Shown here: in pieces, positions 60,636 through 64,000 of the stretch
Position numbering within the stretch: position 1 is the first letter of the stretch
Layout of the letters: each line of letters starts with the position of its first letter
Source of the DNA: Fibrobacteria bacterium
Lineage (GTDB): Bacteria; Fibrobacterota; Fibrobacteria; UBA11236; JADFYW01
Assembly: GCA_050294405.1 (NCBI GenBank)
Contig: JBNKOC010000016.1
Coordinates: 192,001-256,000, forward strand
Direction of reading: 5' to 3'
Length of the DNA stretch: 64,000 nt
Notes under the pieces: generated by a model
What the model was told of the DNA's origin: nothing
What the model saw: only the letters and a program-made list of their open reading frames with translations
Database searches by the model: none
Program-made: the position numbers and the translations under genes

Positions 60636-62072
60636 ATGAAAAAACTCTTAGCCTTTGCGGTTGTTTTTACCTCATTTTTTAGTGCAAACATCTATGCTCT
60701 TGAAGATTCGGATATTGAAATAAAATCTCCTAAAGTATTTTATGAATTTGGAAGCATTGTGCGCGGTGTGGAATTAGGTACTGATACGATAAATAATCAA
60801 TGGGCGCAACGGTTTGGAGGAATGTTTGAAATAACGGCAAAAAAGGACGATAATTTTCAGGCCTATTTTGGCATAGGTGGAATATTCTGGCACGCCTTGC
60901 CAGAAAGGGCTACAGATCCGGGGACTTTGGTTTTTTATGGTGATGCGATAATTACAAAAGCCTATGGTAACTATTTAATTGGAGATCCAGAAGCTCCTGT
61001 TGCGAAAGTAAACTTTGGATATTTTCCTTTAAAGTACTCTTTGTCCAAAAACTTGGGAGAATACCTATTTAGAACTGGTACTTATCCGAATTACATTATC
61101 ACGGGTAACCCCTTGACCACAGTTAATACGTCTGTAATGGGTATATTGGGATTGTCTGTGAGTCATAATATTGGTGAAATATTTTCCCATAGCATTTTTC
61201 TAACTAGCGAAAGGCAAACATACCCCCTCCACGATTTTTCCCTATCTTATCTTGCAAAATTGTCACTAGGTGGTTTTTCCATTGGAACTGGGCTAAAATT
61301 TAACAGGTTAATTCCTATAACTCCAAGTAATACTACTCCTACTTCTATTCAAAACAGTTACTTTAATTACCAAGGGGTAAACTACACCTTTAATGAGGAG
61401 TATTATTATCACCTTTCCGATGGTGCTCTGGAAGACATGGACACTGTTAGTTCGGACTATTGGGCAGATGTAGCCGGCTTAGTGGATAGCCTGGAAAAGG
61501 CTTGGCAAGTGGACTCAACATCAGCAGGTAAACCTGCATATGAGAACTATTCTTTTAAAGGGATAAACGCTTTGTTGTTTGCTTCTCTTAATTTTAACAG
61601 CATTCTGGGAATGGAATCAGAGGATGTGGGTAATTTTAACATTTATTCTGAAGCTGTTTTAATGGGGGTTGAAAATAAACCCATATACTATGAAAACCGA
61701 ATGGAAAGATTAGCCGTAATGTTTGGTCTAAACTTACCAACTTTTGGGTTGTTAAACGACTTGAATTTTGAAGTTGAATACTTTCCTTCAAAATTTGTTA
61801 ATGGTTATAGAGAAGCGAAATATTCCCAAACTCCAACCCCAGATTTTAGTTATAACACTTTAGAAGGCTATGATCCTGAGGACTGGAAAAATGACGACCT
61901 TAAATGGTCCGTTTATTTGAGTCGAAAAATTATGGATGGTTTAACCTTTGAAACTCAAATTGCCAGTGATCATTTGCGTGGGCGCCGAGGAAACAGAGTA
62001 GTAACTGAACAGTCTATTTTGGTGGATAAAAACCATTGGTATTACATGTTCAAGTTACAGGCTGCTTTTTAA
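60636..62072 (+). CDS. Hypothetical outer-membrane beta-barrel protein
   Basis: Signal peptide, aromatic amphipathic strands, C-terminal YYMFKLQAAF. Confidence 0.68.
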   Translation: MKKLLAFAVVFTSFFSANIYALEDSDIEIKSPKVFYEFGSIVRGVELGTDTINNQWAQRFGGMFEITAKKDDNFQAYFGIGGIFWHALPERATDPGTLVFYGDAIITKAYGNYLIGDPEAPVAKVNFGYFPLKYSLSKNLGEYLFRTGTYPNYIITGNPLTTVNTSVMGILGLSVSHNIGEIFSHSIFLTSERQTYPLHDFSLSYLAKLSLGGFSIGTGLKFNRLIPITPSNTTPTSIQNSYFNYQGVNYTFNEEYYYHLSDGALEDMDTVSSDYWADVAGLVDSLEKAWQVDSTSAGKPAYENYSFKGINALLFASLNFNSILGMESEDVGNFNIYSEAVLMGVENKPIYYENRMERLAVMFGLNLPTFGLLNDLNFEVEYFPSKFVNGYREAKYSQTPTPDFSYNTLEGYDPEDWKNDDLKWSVYLSRKIMDGLTFETQIASDHLRGRRGNRVVTEQSILVDKNHWYYMFKLQAAF

Positions 62073-62341
62073 ATAGAGTATTGTTAATCAAAAAGACATT
62101 GGATATAATTTTTTATCCTATTTGACTGACTTTTCGAACCAGTTCTAAACTTGAATAAGGAGAACTGGAATGATAGACGATATTTTAAAAAGCTCAAGAT
62201 GAGCTGGGCGCTAATCTTGGCGAAACCATTTATATATTTGTCCTTTTTCCACAGGCTTCAACTTTAAAATCTAATGCCAATATTCACTTTTAAAAATGCA
62301 AGCATCAAAGTCTCGAGTATTAGCTGAATAGAATTGGATAT

Positions 62342-62411
62342 AAAAAGAATACCCCCACCCTTACGGGTGGGGGCGGCTGCGCGAATTCTAGAGTTGGTTT
62401 AACAAACCAAC
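62342..62411 (-). ncRNA. Candidate ~70-nt small RNA (5' hairpin, linker, GNRA-capped terminator)
   Basis: Minus strand: TAAAAT at 62423-62418, then GTTGGTTT-GTT-AAACCAAC and CCCCCACCC-GTAA-GGGTGGGGG-TATTCTTTTT; no ORF. Confidence 0.4.
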
Positions 62412-62654
62412 AAAATCATTTTAAAGTTATTCTTTATTTGTAGCGGAAGGTATTTAATTCTGGAAACTGCTCTAAATAACGCTCACAAAATGTGAGCGGA
62501 AAGATGAGCTATTTTTAAACTTTGCTTTTATAAGCAAAAAATAGAGACTAATTTTTAATTACCCTCTTGGTTACGATTCTTGCCCTCAATATCAAAATCA
62601 AACCAACTAACAGGCCCCGGTTTCCAGGGGCCTGCCTCATTTTTGCCTTAAAAT

Positions 62655-62684
62655 AAAAAAGAGGGCCAATAAGGCCCCCTTTTT
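62655..62684 (-). terminator. Rho-independent terminator of the 62706 gene
   Basis: Minus strand AAAAAGGGGGCC-TTATT-GGCCCTCTTTTTT. Confidence 0.8.
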
Positions 62685-62705
62685 ATGCTGGAGATAATAA
62701 AACTT

Positions 62706-64000
62706 TTACATGGACCAGCACATGGCTGTTGGGGTTGCTTCTCTGGCAATACCTTGTCGGTATTCTTTTTCGTAAGTTTTGCCGTTCTCAAATCTATATA
62801 GAACTTTCCAAATATAAACTCCGCTGCCCACAAATTGGCCGTTGTCGTCCTTTTGATTCCAAACTAAAAAGCTTTTATAACCTGCTGGATCCTGACGGTT
62901 GTCAGCGGCTAATTCTCCACAGTAGCCAAAGTTTTGCTGAGAAGCGTGGATAAATTTGCCAAGGTGATCAAAGATGTTTACTGTGGCCGTATAGCGCTCT
63001 GCAGAGTGCACAGCCACTAAGGATAAACAGTTGTTTTGCAGGGCTCTAACTGGTTCCTGAGCTGAAAGGGAAGAGTCTGTACAAATATTATTGACGTTGC
63101 CTGTTTCATCTAAGGTCACTGGCGGAATCCATTCCACAATTTCGCCAGCAGTGCGGTGATCCACTACGACCCAACCGGCATCCACATCAATAACTGGAAT
63201 GGAATCGTTAACCCTTTTTACATAGGTTTCTTCTTTGTCGCTGCCAATTACATCTCTTACCAATATAGAGGAAACTTCGTGAAGCTTGGAGTCGCGGCCA
63301 CCAACTGGAATGAGTTCTGGAGTAGAAGTCATCTCCTGATAATCCGCGTTGGGATTGAGGATGATGCAATCACCTGTCCCCAAATTAAAGTTGGAAGCAT
63401 CTCCACGGGTGTATAAGGTCCATGTTAGACCATCTTCGGATACAGTGGGTACAGCTTCCAGTTGCACAGGTATTGGGTCGCCCTGACAATCTTTAAAGAA
63501 GAGAAATAAATCTGTCCAGGGGTCCTGGACATTTCCACGAGGTACCAGAGGTTCAGATACCCGAACCAAAACAGTATCGGGAAATGTTTTTATTTCTCCT
63601 GTACCTGCTACAATATATTTCTTAAAGTCAGATGGGATTTTTTCGGCAACTTCGGCAACTGGCCCAGCGGTTACGTTAATGGAAACCGTAGCAATATCCC
63701 GGGGGTCTCTGGGATGCACCCAGGTAATGGTTATAACATCATTTGGCCCGCTTTGTATGGTTCCGTCTCCAGCCACAGCAGCGCCTCGGGTAAAGTTGAA
63801 AAGCTCCCTGAAACTGTCTGGGTCTAACTGGCTAAGGGGCAGGGTCTCTGAATCGCCAGTTACCTGAGAAGTAATGGTAACCATAGCGGAAGGCACTCCA
63901 CTTGGAGTATTGAGCAAAACCCCCAATTGGTCGGCTTCGAAGCTTATGGATTGAATAATGTTGTAATTTTCATTTGTAGCATATATATCGCTAGGTTCTA
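62706..64000 (-). CDS. C-terminal part of a large secreted Fibrobacter-type protein (5'-truncated by window edge)
   Basis: Frame stays open towards the window edge; C-terminal IFDHLGKFI..WNQKDDNGQFVGSGVYIWK (FlgD-Ig/CTD-like). Confidence 0.7.
   Translation of the reverse strand, partial: EPSDIYATNENYNIIQSISFEADQLGVLLNTPSGVPSAMVTITSQVTGDSETLPLSQLDPDSFRELFNFTRGAAVAGDGTIQSGPNDVITITWVHPRDPRDIATVSINVTAGPVAEVAEKIPSDFKKYIVAGTGEIKTFPDTVLVRVSEPLVPRGNVQDPWTDLFLFFKDCQGDPIPVQLEAVPTVSEDGLTWTLYTRGDASNFNLGTGDCIILNPNADYQEMTSTPELIPVGGRDSKLHEVSSILVRDVIGSDKEETYVKRVNDSIPVIDVDAGWVVVDHRTAGEIVEWIPPVTLDETGNVNNICTDSSLSAQEPVRALQNNCLSLVAVHSAERYTATVNIFDHLGKFIHASQQNFGYCGELAADNRQDPAGYKSFLVWNQKDDNGQFVGSGVYIWKVLYRFENGKTYEKEYRQGIAREATPTAMCWSM

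Noticed and set aside
62480..62500. lac operator-like sequence suggesting vector contamination
   Set aside because: Only a partial match embedded in a native hairpin; no flanking vector sequence

Overview
A gene-dense bacterial chromosomal window. It is probably from a Fibrobacterota-like organism, inferred from two TIGR02147-type genes, futalosine-pathway MqnA and Fibrobacter-style C-terminal domains on secreted proteins. In order it holds: the 3' end of a cellulose-synthase locus (bcsA, bcsC-like); a GMC oxidase plus Cys-nucleophile hydrolase operon; a TonB-dependent receptor; an ECF sigma factor with a zinc anti-sigma carrying a glycogen-binding domain, and two identical TGTAACC-N16-CGTA promoters; a cfa plus FAD-reductase pair resembling a methyl-branched lipid pathway; a ~16 kb pair of convergent uronate/sugar-acid catabolic operons; and housekeeping genes (M23 peptidase, DAACS symporter, mqnA, GH13_18 phosphorylase, MscS, guaB, crcB). 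The best candidate for an undescribed system is the repeated module of a TIGR02147 HTH protein plus a lipoprotein with a G-x-x-x-x-T-x-N motif after the lipobox. The second copy is bracketed by two pairs of palindromic TGTATACA boxes, 106 and 109 bp apart, which also precede a secreted beta-propeller / DUF1080 / outer-membrane barrel operon. This suggests a trans-envelope regulator, its operator and its regulon. No rRNA, tRNA, CRISPR array or transposase was seen. All product calls come from motif recognition by eye, not from database searches.
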